The translations under genes were made by a program, and so were the position numbers. Of a DNA stretch of 64,000 nt, positions 27,523 to 40,940 are shown piece by piece. The stretch is taken from positions 18,217-82,216 of the forward strand of contig JAAOMT010000098.1 in assembly GCA_016748015.1 (NCBI GenBank), written 5' to 3'. Each line of letters opens with the position of its first letter. Position 1 is the stretch's first letter. Below the pieces are notes generated by a model that saw only the letters and a list, made by a program, of their open reading frames with translations, ran no database searches and was not told the origin of the DNA. The DNA comes from Geosiphon pyriformis uo1 (lineage: Eukaryota > Fungi > Glomeromycota).

Positions 27523-27849
27523 TGTGACCCTGAAGTTTCGTTCTTTGAGACTAAAAAAAAATTGAATTATTTATATTAGTAGAACTACAAGCGACGCAAA
27601 TCATACTCTTTCAAGGCACATAGGTCATCGTGATTCCGCTATTGCCTCTCCGACTAACAATATTTAATAAATGTTTTAATCTACAGTAATTATAATGAGC
27701 ATCTAATCACATGGCTTTTTCGGCTATAGATGTTTTAATTTGGGGACTTATAATCATAGTGATTGTAATGAGCTTCTAATTTTTGCTGTTTTATTATCTT
27801 AATAAAAATATAACTTCAAGTGTAGATGTTCAATGCTTTATTTAGGAAG

Positions 27850-28680
27850 ATATAAAATATATTGCTTTATGCTAAAAATGCATAAATTATCTAATATAGT
27901 TTATGGAAAACAATTCAGAGTCTTTATTTATGGAAAAATAATAAATTATATTTTAATTATATATATAAACAAGAACCGAAAAAATGAAAGAGTTATGAAA
28001 AAATAACAGAAAAATTAGTGAAAGATATATAATGAATTGTAAACATATAAATACCATGTTTAATAATAATTGATTGATTTTAAAATATTTTGAATTTCAA
28101 TAGATTTTTGTTTTATTCACATAGTTTTTCATGTGACAAAATTTGAAAATAAAATTTGAGAAAAGTAATTAAATAAAGAACATAATTAATTAAAGAAGAA
28201 TTAACTAAAGAAAATAAATGATAAAGAAATAATATTGATTAATTGAAAAGGTGAGTAAGTAGAAAATTTATTAATTTAAAAATAATGTTGATCAATAAAA
28301 TGAAAAAATGATCAAATGAAAAAATTATTATCAATTATATAAAATAGAAAGATTTTGTTAATTAAACTTGAAGGAAATATTAAATAATTGGCAATTAGTA
28401 ATATATTATAATTAATTTATAAATACTTGGTATAAACTAATTGTGATTTAAAAATTATTTGCAATTTGTAAATTGCTAATTTTTTTGGTAATTAATGATA
28501 ATAGAAAATTTCAAAAATAATATTTGCAAAACATTTATTTATGAATAAATTTTGATAAAAAACCAAAATAATAGGTATTAATAATATTTTAATTATTTCA
28601 TAGTGGTCCTTATTTAAATTTGAAATGGGCAATTGCAAATCAGAGATATGCGATGGAGTTGCCTATTACATCGATATTTA
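27850..28680 (+). pseudogene. Heavily decayed lipase-fold paralog
   Basis: YAKNA(Y) at ~27868, a GTGAGT donor at ~28251 and FHSGPY(F)KFEMGNC at ~28596-28636 (1-nt frameshift), in the same order as the intact genes. Confidence 0.5.
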
Positions 28681-30881
28681 TATTTATATTAGAAGTTTCA
28701 ATTCACATAACTAGCAATCTTTCTTGTCACTATATACTCAAAGATTTCAGCATTTTGTGTTTGTTTTCTGTTTTTTTATTAATGATCTAAGACTACATAT
28801 AAACCAAACAAAATATATATCTCATGAGCGTGATTCTAACTTTTTGCACAAAATTTATAAAAACCCATAATTTAATTATTTTCCGATCGTCATTAATACC
28901 AATTTTATAGTGATATCCATAATGACCAAAGTTGAAAGACTATCCGGGTACAACTAATGAAAACTTGTATAACATCACTGATTTTATCCGCTGGATTAAG
29001 GTTTGTACTCTATAATAATTTTATGGATTGAAATCTTTTTTCTAAAATTAGAAGAGTTTATCAAATTAATACAATAATCTATAGTTACAGTTGATACAAT
29101 GACTTTTACATTTACATACCAGGTAACATCATTTGCTGCGTGAACATAATGAAGAGAGGTTAATAAAACCCTTCTAAGTGAAAGCATAAAATGCCAAAAA
29201 AATTATAGCTAACTATCAAAAAGAGAAAATTCACTTCTATGATATGAGTGATTTTATTCAAAGCAAGCGACAATTTGAAGTTAATCAATTATATTTGATT
29301 TGAATCAAAAATTTATAGTCGAAAAAATCTAATATTTCAAATATGCTGTTTTTTCTCTTGAAATAACAAAATAATTTTTTAGTGTATCCTTAAAACTTAT
29401 ATGCCTATTTTATCCATACCAAAGATCAATTTTAAAACAAGATCCATTATTTATATTATTGAAACTAGCATATACAATTATTTCAAATTTTTTAGTAACA
29501 TTATATGAAGAATAGAAAGTTGTTGAGCATTTCTGAATTTATAAAAAGACAGTTTGATTCAGAAATAAAAATTTATTTAATGTAAGGTTTGATTACTTAA
29601 GTGTGGGAAGCAGCGTGGTTAGCAGCAGCTAGCTTATTAGGATAATTTAATGTTTTTTTATTAATTTTTCAATAAATTTTTATAATTAACTTTTGCGATT
29701 TATAAATTGCGACACGATTCTTTAATTTTTTGCTTTATCTCTTAAAATGAATGACACGTTATTGCTCATTTTTCTAAACAGAGTACCAAAAATTATTCAT
29801 GAATAAGCACTGCTCCCTATTTTTGGTGTCAATTGAGTGGTGCTTATTTCTGGAAGTAACAGGATGTCATTTTTACATTAAATATTTGAGCAAAATTTCA
29901 GCCATACACTTCAAAGTTAACCACATTTTATAAGCGTAATTGTAATGCGAAAATCTTTATATATTGGAATTGGAACTTCAATCTGCCAGAAATAGAAAAG
30001 TAAAAAATTTGTGATATAAATGTTCAAGAAATTATTGTAACATGCAAAATTTGGAATTTTAAAAGAAAGATCCAAGAAAAATCAATTTGAAAATAAAAAT
30101 AAGAGATAATAAGGGCAGAGTGAGAGCAATATATGTAATTCATAAAATAATACCAGTAATATTGTATGTAAACTATTTGAATTCAACTTATGAAAATTTT
30201 CTAGAAACAGGAATTTATCCTTTCTCTATCAATACTCCTTAAAAATCTCATCATTTTCTTTCGAAGAAGAAACATTACTCATAAGTAAAAGTTTCGGTTT
30301 AGGATTTTCCAATCCTTTAAAATCTTAATCGAATTCTTCTGTGGAACTCGGTAAAATCTCCTTGTCTACTATTGATGCGTCATGGACTTTTGTAGTATCT
30401 TCATTTATGTTTTGAGAAGTTTGTCTATAATATTTTTTTCTGAATAAAGAATTGAATAGATGAAATGTTCGCATAATTAAATTATTGCCAAGAATTATAG
30501 ATCCCGTTATAAGAGTTAGAAATGGAATTATATCATATGATATTATAGAGCACTTGTCCGAGGGAATTTATGAGTTAGATTTATTTGACACGGCTAAATA
30601 TCTAATTTCAAGAGTATAAATGATATCTATTTCTTCATTAATATCTAGGGTATCTTTACTAAAAAATATTTTTTCATTAATCTATTGGGTAGCTTTGAAA
30701 TTCAGAAACAAGCGCCTGAAAATTTATAAATTATAATCTTAGATTTCAAAAAAACAATACAATTGGTATTTCATTATATAAGCTACCGATTTCTACTGAG
30801 CCAATCCTCAAACTTTTAACCTAAACTGCTGGCAAAGAAATAATTAGTTTTTCTCCTGTACTATGCAGTCACGAGTAAAGA

Positions 30882-31044
30882 TGTCACCGTAATTGCGGAC
30901 AGTTGTAGCAGTTGTGGTTCCTGCGACAATTGTAACTTGTGGCTATTGTAATAACTGCTGCTAGTTATAGCAATTACAGACAGTTGTGGCTATTTTCTAA
31001 AACTGCAACTATTGTGAATATAAAATCCAGTATTAAACCTGACA
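30882..31044. mobile_element. Short TGTCA...TGACA-bounded, internally repetitive element (possible solo LTR or LTR fragment)
   Basis: 5-bp inverted termini and repeated (CAG)TTGTGG/AG units. No TSD was found. Confidence 0.3.
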
Positions 31045-31238
31045 GCAAGGTCCACAATTGTCTTAAATTAGGGACTTGTTTTCCTCTCGCTCATTTTACT
31101 TTCTACGTTAACGTTTTGAAAATATTTCTTAAACGAAAAAAATTTATGTTCGAAAATCCTGTAAGAAATGATATGCAAATTTAGTGGCTTGAATCTCTAA
31201 GCAAAAATATGATTAAAGAAACGATTTCTTGAGCAAAA

Positions 31239-31772
31239 ATGGAATTCAAAATTTTGTATATATTCACTAATTTCACAATACTAATATTATTTCATGCGTA
31301 CTTTTTTGTTTTGGATGGTTGCCCAGCATCAGCGCAAATTGGAAATGAAGCCAAAAGAGCTTCAATCCTATCAATTAATTCCGGCTGTATTGATCTCAAA
31401 AGGTAAGCAGCTTTTTGATATCCCATTTTCATTTAGAAATTTGTCTGAACCACTCATATTTCATATTGAAATTGAACTCTATTTTCAATTCTTCTTTGAA
31501 GGCTAAAATTATCCCTATCAGAAATTGAGAAAAATCTGCCAGCCGTTATTCAACCTAGTTTATTAACGGTCAGATTACCCCTCATACTAGTAGTTAGACC
31601 CTCTTCTATTGCAACAACCTCCTACACACCGATCACATCCTTCCTAACACGTTCATCTTATGACCAGCCTTTTATGACCCTTCTAAATATAATAGATAGT
31701 GAATTTATAATAATATTTCTAAATTTTTTTCCTACTGTGAGGGAACACTATTACTTTTTGTTTTATGTTTAA
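31239..31772 (+). CDS. Putative secreted protein, truncated paralog of the mucin-like gene at the window end (exons 31239-31402, 31502-31772)
   Basis: MEFKILYIFTNFTILILFHAYFFVLDG signal-like start, a GTAAGC...AAG phase-2 intron, and an open second exon containing PSSIATTSYTPIT. The DNA CCTCTTCTATTGCAACAACC...ACACCGATCACA matches the repeats at 63750-63975. It may be a pseudogene. Confidence 0.55.
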
Positions 31773-32198
31773 TCCAATTCAAAATAAAAAACTATATATT
31801 GATTTTTATTTTTGGTACAATATATGAAATCACTTTAAATCCTTTTTTGTTTGCAAATTGATTTAATCAAAATTTTCAGGTTACTACTTTCAATAAGCGA
31901 AGATTAATACTTTTTACTATAATTCCTATTAAAACAAACAAGTTAAAAACGATTAAATATACAATATTAACATCTATACTTAAAACAAATTTATTAGAGT
32001 TTGCTAATGCATTAAAAGTTGACTAAAATTAAATAGGGTTATTTATCTGATTTTTAAAATATTTTGGAAACGGAAAATTTTGATCTGTTAAGATTCATAA
32101 TTACCAAAAGATTTTCGTATGTGAAGGTTAAAATAAAATTTGCTATAGTCCAAGCAAAAGTTTCTTAAATCTGAAAAGTTAAACAGATATAATGTCCT

Positions 32199-33926
32199 CT
32201 ATTTAATCCATGGTGATCTAGCGGACAAGACACCCATGGTTATACCAAAGTATGGTCCATTATTAAGCAAAAATTGGAATGGTCTTTGTGCTTGAGCACA
32301 TTCCTATCAGAGAAAGTTTAAATTAATTTTCCTGATGAAAAAAAGAATATTTAAACGATTTCAACAGCACAAACCTCGCTTTCATCTAGAAACGGGCCCT
32401 CTGGATAAAAATTTTCTCCCCCATGGCACCGATAAACGATTGTATTTTCAAGTAAATTATCATTATTACTACAATGACAATCATCGGATTCAATCCAATA
32501 TTCCATCATGGAGTGAAAATAATTCTTATTTTGTGCTCTAGAACCATGATTCGGAAGATTCACCACAATATCATTTTTATAAGTAACTCGAACTTGTAGA
32601 AACATGGCTTCATTTAGAGCTCGAGCAAAATGTNNNNNNNNNNNNNNNNNNNNCTTTGTGCTTGAGCACATTCCTATCAGAGAAAGTTTAAATTAATTTT
32701 CCTGATGAAAAAAAGAATATTTAAACGATTTCAACAGCACAAACCTCGCTTTCATCTAGAAACGGGCCCTCTGGATAAAAATTTTCTCCCCCATGGCACC
32801 GATAAACGATTGTATTTTCAAGTAAATTATCATTATTACTACAATGACAATCATCGGATTCAATCCAATATTCCATCATGGAGTGAAAATAATTCTTATT
32901 TTGTGCTCTAGAACCATGATTCGGAAGATTCACCACAATATCATTTTTATAAGTAACTCGAACTTGTAGAAACATGGCTTCATTTAGAGCTCGAGCAAAA
33001 TGTCGATTGCCTATTCTTGGCTGGCCATAAGTAAATAGTCGTAATGGAATATGTGGTATCCTTTGAGATTGATGAAGTTCATAAGCAACAAATGTTGCAT
33101 AGACTACAAGAGTAAAAAAGACCCTATTTTGAGCTTTGAAAAGAATATTCAGAAATTAGGAAGATAATAACTCACCAGCACTCATGCCATGTCCCACAAA
33201 AGTTACCTCAGTAATAAAATTGCTTTTTTGTTTTTCTATTTCTTTTAGGATAGTTGAAAAATCAAAATCAAAACGTCGGAATTGATCCCAAAAATATTTG
33301 TTCACTTTTGCATTTGGATATAATGGGTATTCGACCATTTTTCCAGAGAATACAGATATCCATTCAGATGGTAATAAGAGATTGCCACGGAAGTAGATAA
33401 TTAGTTCATGAGGACCCCCAATTATACTTGAAGCTAAATAAGTGAATATAATTTATATTATTGTCTATAGAAAAAACTTAAACCTGGTTTCTTTGATTGA
33501 GGTTAAAAACAAAAATGACGAATGATAATAAAAATATCTTGGCGATTGATGAGATATAATTTTTAGCATACCAAATATTGAATCTTTTAAAGAATAGGCT
33601 AAGTTAGCATACCAGGCATATCTTTGAAGAAGTCGTTTAATATCAGAGGTTATATAATACTTCATAGGGACCAACTGAATTCTTTTCACATAACCATTTA
33701 AAAAATTTCTCTTGGTAAATAGATATGGGGAAATTAAGCTGCCATTCTTTTCAAAAAATTGTTCTTTTATGATTGCTAAGCTTGAATTTTGTTGATCTAT
33801 ATTTTTTTGAACTATAATAACAAAAGTATTGTGTTTTGAAAAACGGTACAGAAGAAAATAGAAAATTGTGATAAAAAAAATTAATGTGCCATTTAAAAAT
33901 TTTGTTGGGTTGCTCAATTTTTTCAT
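32199..33926 (-). CDS. Class-3 lipase-fold protein, predicted inactive; recent duplicate of 26192..27522 (spans an assembly gap)
   Basis: Same four-exon layout and near-identical core (GHGMSA, TYGQPRIGN, NDIV). Ends FLLNNGPYFGITMGVLSARSPWIK*. 350 bp are repeated either side of the N run. Confidence 0.85.
32284..33003. other. Assembly gap (20 N, 32634-32653) with identical 350-bp overlap on both sides
   Basis: 32284-32633 equals 32654-33003 and also equals 26277-26626, so it is the maximal exact repeat between the two lipase paralogs. Confidence 0.85.
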
Positions 33927-34719
33927 TGTGACCCTGGAGTTTTGTTTTTCGAGACTATAAAAAAAAATCGAATTATTTTATGGTGGTGCATACAACTACA
34001 CGCGATGCAAATCGTGCTCTTTCAAGACACATTGGTTAAGCGTTATTCCGCCGAATAAAAATATTTTAATTTGAGCACTTTTGTTCGTACATCTATCTGG
34101 TCGCCCCGTTAATCCGAAGTTTGAATAAAGTGTTATCTTGGGTTTGTGCACGTGATAATCAGTGCAACAAGCAAATTGGTAACAAAATTGTTGCTGCCAT
34201 TGTCAGTATAATTATTAATGTATTGTTTTATTACCATAGAATAAAAATCAGGTAAGAAATTCCCAGCTTACAAAAAAATCTTATACAAAAGAAAATACGA
34301 ATGATTACATTTGATAAATATAAAAATTATTAAGATTAAGAAATCAATTCATATATATCTTTTTTTAACTTTTTTCATTTCTTGAAAATTCTTAAAATTT
34401 TCTACACCCATAACAATTTGAATAATTTCTAACATAGAATCAATTTCAAATATACTTTAAAAAATTAAAATTCATTAATTGCCATTAATTAATAATATGT
34501 TGTATTTTATTATTATTATTATTATTAAATAAAAGAGTATTTACTAATATAAAAGAAAACAAATTTCTGTTTTTTTTAAAGTTGCATAAATTTAACAGCA
34601 TTTCAAACTTATGCAGTAAAAATAATTGCATCCATAATATTAATAGAAGTTTTAAGTGCTTTGTATACAATAGCTTTATTATAAACATTTTATATTGGCA
34701 CTTTAAAATAATTAACAAT

Positions 34720-35480
34720 TAAAAAACTTATTTTAAATAGATAAATAATTCCAGTATTGTATAATCGCAATGAGTTGCTGTATTTAAAGAGAGATAATAA
34801 AGAAGAATATATATTTTCTTCAATGTATAAAATGTAGCATTATCCAAAAATAATAAAATATTTTTGTTAGAATTTTGCATTTGTAATTAAAAAGAAAATA
34901 ATTTTCAAAGTTTTTGAGACATTGTAATACAAAAAAACTATAACTTTATTTTTTAATTTTTTTGCATATTAGCAATAAAAAGTTTTAAAAGTTCTAATTT
35001 TCAATAAAAGATTATTTATAAAAATTATAAACATTATCTAAATTCTATTTTGATAAGAGTTTTTAAAGTTTTTCGCACTATTTGCTTCTTCACATTTTTT
35101 GATTTCTTTAATATTATAATGCTTTTGAAGTGAATTAAGTTTCTTTGAACTTATTAATCTTCATCAGTTCAGCAAAATTGCTAGCTTTTTTAAGTAAATA
35201 TCTTCAAAATTAAAAGACTTACATTCTTTGTTTGGTTAAGTCATAATGCTATGAATTGTTCAATGTGAAAATTTTTTGGTGTTTCTTGTCTTTTAAGTTT
35301 AAGCATGTGGAGGCTAAATTTTTACCAAAAATTCACTCTTTTTTAAAATTTTGTATACTATAAACTTTTCTATGCCAAATTAACCCGCTAATATAATATT
35401 AGAAAGTGTTAAATTGGCCTTTTCAGCTTGAGAAAGTTTTAGTTTTTGAGCAAAAGTAAAGGAATTATGTTTTCTTTTGT
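34720..35480 (-). mobile_element. Pogo/Tigger-like transposase remnant (CENP-B HTH + DDE)
   Basis: KRKHNSFTFAQKLKLSQAEKANLTLSNIILAG*FGIEKFIVYKILKKSE (psq-type HTH), then LKKASNFAELMKINKFK, CEEANSA and LDNATFY (~34840, from LDNAxxH). Confidence 0.7.
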
Positions 35481-38400
35481 GAGTGTGTAATCTATGTAAA
35501 ATATGTACAATAGGTGAGGTTTTTTTTTTCAAAAAAAAATCAATTATGATCTCATTTTGGATTATAATAAATCTTCAGATTAGCAAAAAAATTTATTACC
35601 AACTATAATAAAATTGACCATATTCGGATTATCCATCCTTAGCGTAACGAGAGTTACAATGTAGTTGAAATTTTCGGTTATTTTTAATTTAAAAAGTTCA
35701 TCACATAAATAAAGGATCTCAAAAACGAAAATCTCGTAAAGTATAAAAAATAAGCTTTACCATAAGAATATTACCTTAAAATCATAATCATAAAACCATC
35801 AATCAAAAAACTAAGCATCTTATATATTTTGAAAGAAATTGGCAACCATTTGCATAATAAAAAGTTTAAGCCGTTTTTAGATCTTATTTTAAATTAAATT
35901 TCTGTTTTGTTTATCCAAATAAAACCTAAAATTTTGATATACAATTTAAAGTAGTAAACAAATTTATTTGGAAATCTTAATTATAAATTTTATCAGCAAA
36001 TTAACATTTCTATTTACAATAAATAATCAGAATATTTAAAAAGTATATAAATAAATAATTTATTTTCTCTTTATACCGAAATATTACCTCACATTTCGAT
36101 TTCATAATTCAATAAAATCTCACTTGAAAAAATTTTCCAGGTTTTGCAGCTTCCTCTTCTTTACATGTTTCTTAACAATTTTTCTTAAGTTTTTATTAAG
36201 ATAGATCTTGAAATTATTGAACAGCCAATTAATCACAGCTGAAATGTTTTTTTAAAGAGATTTTTTGGCTTTATAACTCTTTTATTTTGAATTATTACCT
36301 AAATTTTATTCATAAACTCATATTTTTTATTGTTTTATGTTAATTTTATATTAATATAATCAAAACATATCATTCAGACTTTGAAAAAATTAAAATTCAT
36401 CAAAATTCTTAAAATAATAAGAACAATAGTTTTATAAACAATACTATTGTTCATAAAATAAGAAAAAAATATTATAAATGTTTTGATTTTTTACCCATCT
36501 GTTCAGCCAAATGAATTTTCTATACATTTTATTTGTTCTTTTCTTGTCTTTTGATTTTTGAAACAAATGATTTCATATATATTTTTTAACTTCTTCAGGA
36601 TCTGTTCTAATATGTTTTTTGGCAACACTTTTTGCAAAAAATAATTTGGAAAGTCAACGTCATAAATCGTAAATATTGAGTAATAATAATTTATAAAATA
36701 AAATTTTTTTATGTAACAATGTTATATTGGATTAATAATTTTTAATAAACACAACAAAGGTTCCAAAGTATAGTTTTTAAAATATTTAAAAAAAAAATTA
36801 ATTTAGTAATTAAAAATATTTTAATATTCTTTTTTCTATATATAAACCAAAAATATTTTCGTAAAAATTAACGATTGTTTTTACAGAAGCTCAGCAAAAA
36901 ATATGAATAAATGAATATTATTCTTGTAAAAATAGAATACATAATTCATATATTCTATTTACTACAATTATAAAAACTTTCAAATAATAAAGACTAATAA
37001 TAACAAACTTAATTAAACTATCGATTGACTTATAATTTACAGTAATTATAATAAGCTTTTAATATTTTTTCCAATAATTTAGTTTCATTTATGGCTATCA
37101 CAAAGAATTTAGCAAGGGGATTTGGAACATAAATTTTATGACTATATACTAAAAACTAATGAAATTATGATTGCATATTAAAAATTTTAAGACTTTAACT
37201 GTATGTTAAAAATGATTTATAAATCAATATTATTAAATAATAGCTATTATTCAATAATATAATATATTTAACCTTATTTTATTTTTATTTATAAATTGGT
37301 AAATAGAATATTTGTACTATCTGTAAATTTCTCAATTTATGTAAAGTTATAAATAGTTTAAAAAAAATGAATTATTGTGTGTTCATTTATCAAATTTAAT
37401 TTAGGTATAAATTTTGATGAATATGTTAAAAAATATATTATTCTGAAATATTACAACATACGTATGTGACGATTTGAAGATTCAATTGTTATTATGTTAT
37501 CAAAGTTTTTCTTGAAACAATAAATGATTTTGCTGAGTTTCGAAAAAGTGTCATTTGGTTTAGATATTAAAACATATATATTTATTTTTTGAAAGTCTAT
37601 TAAACAAATTATTTACAGATTCTGTAAATAATTTTTAATGTATTACTTTATAAGAATTATTATTTTTGAACAATCTTAAATACATTTTAAAACTACATTT
37701 TTAATTTTTTTAAGTGATAATATATTATAAAAAACCAAAGTTAGCACAATACTTAATTTTTTCTTACGATTTGTTTTTTTCACTTATATATAGAATAATT
37801 TATTATTATCATTTTTTTTTGGGGACAGAGAACATTCATAATAATATTTTACTTAATATACATTTTGTATATTAAATATTGTAAAAATTACTATTATTAT
37901 TATTATTTACACTTGTATATTTTAATTTTTATTATACAAAATTTTTTTAATAATTTTGCTTGTATTATATATATATTAAAAGCTTATAAAAACAATATAA
38001 AACTGCTTTAAACAATATGCTTTGTTTGGTTTAAACTTTGAAAAGTTTTGATTTAATCTTTGTATTTGATTTATTAAAATTTAAAATTTTTAAGCAATAA
38101 ACAATTACATATTAAATTAAAATTAAAATATTTATAATTAATATATATAATTCTTTATAATAAAACAATACCAAATAATAAAAAGTTTTTTAGTTTAATC
38201 ACATTTATGACATTAATCAATATTTTATACTTGTAGAAATTAGTTTACTTATCGAGTTTTAGTACAATTTATTATAACAACTTTTTGTCAAAATTTATTC
38301 AAATAATGCTCTAATTATATTTTTAATAATTAATAAAACAATAATTTGATTTACATGACTAAAAATATAAAAACTTGGTTAACTCCAATGAAAATCAAAT

Positions 38401-38914
38401 TGCTTTCAAATTGGAATTTACAAAATAAATTACATTACCTGTTTTATTAATGTTTTATAAATATATAATTTTTAGTTAATATTTAGTTAATATTAATTTT
38501 AAACAACAAATTAAAATAATTTGATTATTTTACCAAAATTGTTCAAACCAAAATGTTAAATATAATTGTTAACAAAATCTTGAACTTGATTACTTTTTGG
38601 TAAATTTAATATAAAAAACAATAAAGGATTGTCATTTATTATGTGACATAAAACCATATGATCCAAGATAATAACATTTGGTCAATTTTTTTAATCTTTC
38701 TGATTTGTGTTAATTTTTAGCTAAAGATATTTTTCTTAAAAAGCACCCTGATCATTTTCATAGCTTATATTAATCAATCTAGGCAAAAATACTTGTTTTG
38801 AAAATATCAATAAGCCTGATTTTTACTTTTTTAAAATTTGGCGAAGATTAATCAGCAAAATCTTGTTTGGACCGAAATTTCCTTTACCATTTTTTTCAAA
38901 AGTTATACGCAGTC

Positions 38915-40940
38915 CTAATAAATATTATATGTAGGCGGTGGTGTTAATGAACCTGTCTTAGCGATTAGATCGAGGGAAGAAGGCTGATTGGCAAGATTCT
39001 CGATTAGCTTCATCGCGCTATCGTTATCATCATCATCTGAACGTTGTCGTCTTGATAAATCGTTTACTGCTTCAACCAAACTACGATATGGAATTTGTAT
39101 TGATGCTTCATAACTTGGTGGTGGTCCATTATGATGATATGAATATGAAGTTGGTTGATTTGCCAACCATTCACTTGGATCTTGTATCGCGCGACCGTCT
39201 ATCCATACTTGTCCCAAACTACCAATGCGTTCTTGATGTGATTGTTCATGTCGATGAGAACTAGCTGAAAAACTCAGGTTACTTATCCCTTGATCGATCA
39301 CGACCTCTCCACAATCATTTGTTGTAGTATTTAAATTTAAACTATGAGCCAATGCAAGTGTTGCTTTTGATTTGTATGTTGGATCACACGGGCACAGATA
39401 TGAATCATCATCACTTTTGGGAAGGGTTACGTGTACACTTTCCGAGCAACGACAAGATAAGATCATGATCGGTGCTTCAATTTTCACTTCGATTCTTTGA
39501 GAATGGTCACTGGGAAGAGTGATAATCACAAAGAAATGCAATGAATGAGTAACTTTGATCGATCCCGAATTTGATGATGGATGTACTGGAGCCGTACATT
39601 TTGGTATTGGAAAATCAAAGGATTTTTTAAAATAGGTATTTCCAGCCCCCATTTCATCCCTATCACATTTTTGTTCTCGATATTCCTCGGTGTATTCTTC
39701 TTCCAACCAATCTACACCTCTTATAATACCATTAATGAATGAACGATTCCAACGATGAAGTCTAGTCATTTGAGAATTCGATCCACTCCTAAAAATAGCA
39801 TCCCTGAAATTGGCAGAGCTAATCGTACTCGAGGCGCCACCGTTCTCGCTCAAGTTTCTTCTTGGTGGCAACTGTGCTGGCAATTCTGTAGGTTGAGCGA
39901 ATTTTTGTTCGCGAACATCATCTAATCGTTTCACAGCTATTATTCGTGAATCACAATTTTTTTGTCTATGTGCACGATGCATTATCTTCTCTATCAATTG
40001 TACTCCTATACTTAGAACACGTAATTGTTTTGCTAAGGGAATTAACTTGATTTCCAGTTGATTGATACAACCACCAATAGGGTAAGCTTTTTTCGGTAAT
40101 GAGATTTCATAGGCAAACATGTCCTCTATATCTCGATTGATTGCAATTCCACTATCAGTGAATTCATAATCGGGTATTGTACGAATGATTATAATTTGAC
40201 GTTGACTATCCAAGTTTGGTGAAAGTGCCGAAGAACGAACAACTGTAGCTTTCAACTTATAGCTAACCTTTCCAAGACCGACATCGATGCTTTCAGGTAA
40301 AGTTCCTGGTAGAAAAAGGGAAAATGGATATGTATGTGTTCCTGGTTTAAAATATTGATATTTTGATGTAGTTATTGTAGAAGAATTTGAGATTGTATTC
40401 GTCGTTGAATTTAAACTAGTAGTGGATCCATTAATAGGTGAAGAAGAAGAGGTGAATAATGATGATCGAGATTGGTTCTCATGAGTTGAAAAGGTTGTTG
40501 TCAATTTTTTAGATAGTTGTTCTATAGTTTGCAACGAAGAATTTGTATTTGCTGGTAATTCCAAATATGACCATTTATACGATACAATTTCTTTGACATT
40601 TTGTACGTCACTTTTATTTTGGGTAAGTCCTAAGGAAGAAAATTGAAGATGAAATGAAATATTTCTTCTTTAATGCCTAAAAATTTTCACCGTCAAAAAT
40701 TAAAACCAACCAACCAAACCAACCAACCAAACAAACAACCAACCAACCTTCGGGCCAAAACGATTTACTCTTCCCCACAAATTTCATATCAATCCTTTTA
40801 ATCTTTGTAGGTTTAGCGAGGGTCAAGACCAAATTTCCTTGTAACACTGTACCGACTGCTTCTTGTGGACCACCCCGAAAAAATATGATTGGTTCTGCTA
40901 CTTGGATTTTTAGACATGTTGATGTTAATGCTTGAATCAT
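38915..40940 (-). CDS. Alpha-arrestin (ART/Rod1/CreD-like Rsp5 adaptor); exons 40940-40748, 40629-38915
   Basis: VLQGNLVLTLAKPTKIKRIDMKFVGKSKSFWPEG, FKPGTHTYPFSLFLPGTLPESI, VSYKLKATV, IKVTHSL, and C-terminal PPxY motifs (PPPSY, PPPTY). A phase-1 GT-AG intron joins the two ORFs. Confidence 0.92.

Noticed and set aside
28880-29260. Possible spliced small secreted gene on the minus strand
   Set aside because: The obvious splice creates a TGA stop and no motif is recognisable; at most a remnant.
30200-30700. Coding-looking minus-strand stretch (SYDIIPFLTLITGSIILGN...)
   Set aside because: Stops, no start context and no recognisable family.
26328-32911. Three identical 68-aa plus-strand ORFs (MKKRIFKRF...)
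   Set aside because: Antisense shadows of lipase exon 3; the third copy comes from the gap duplication.
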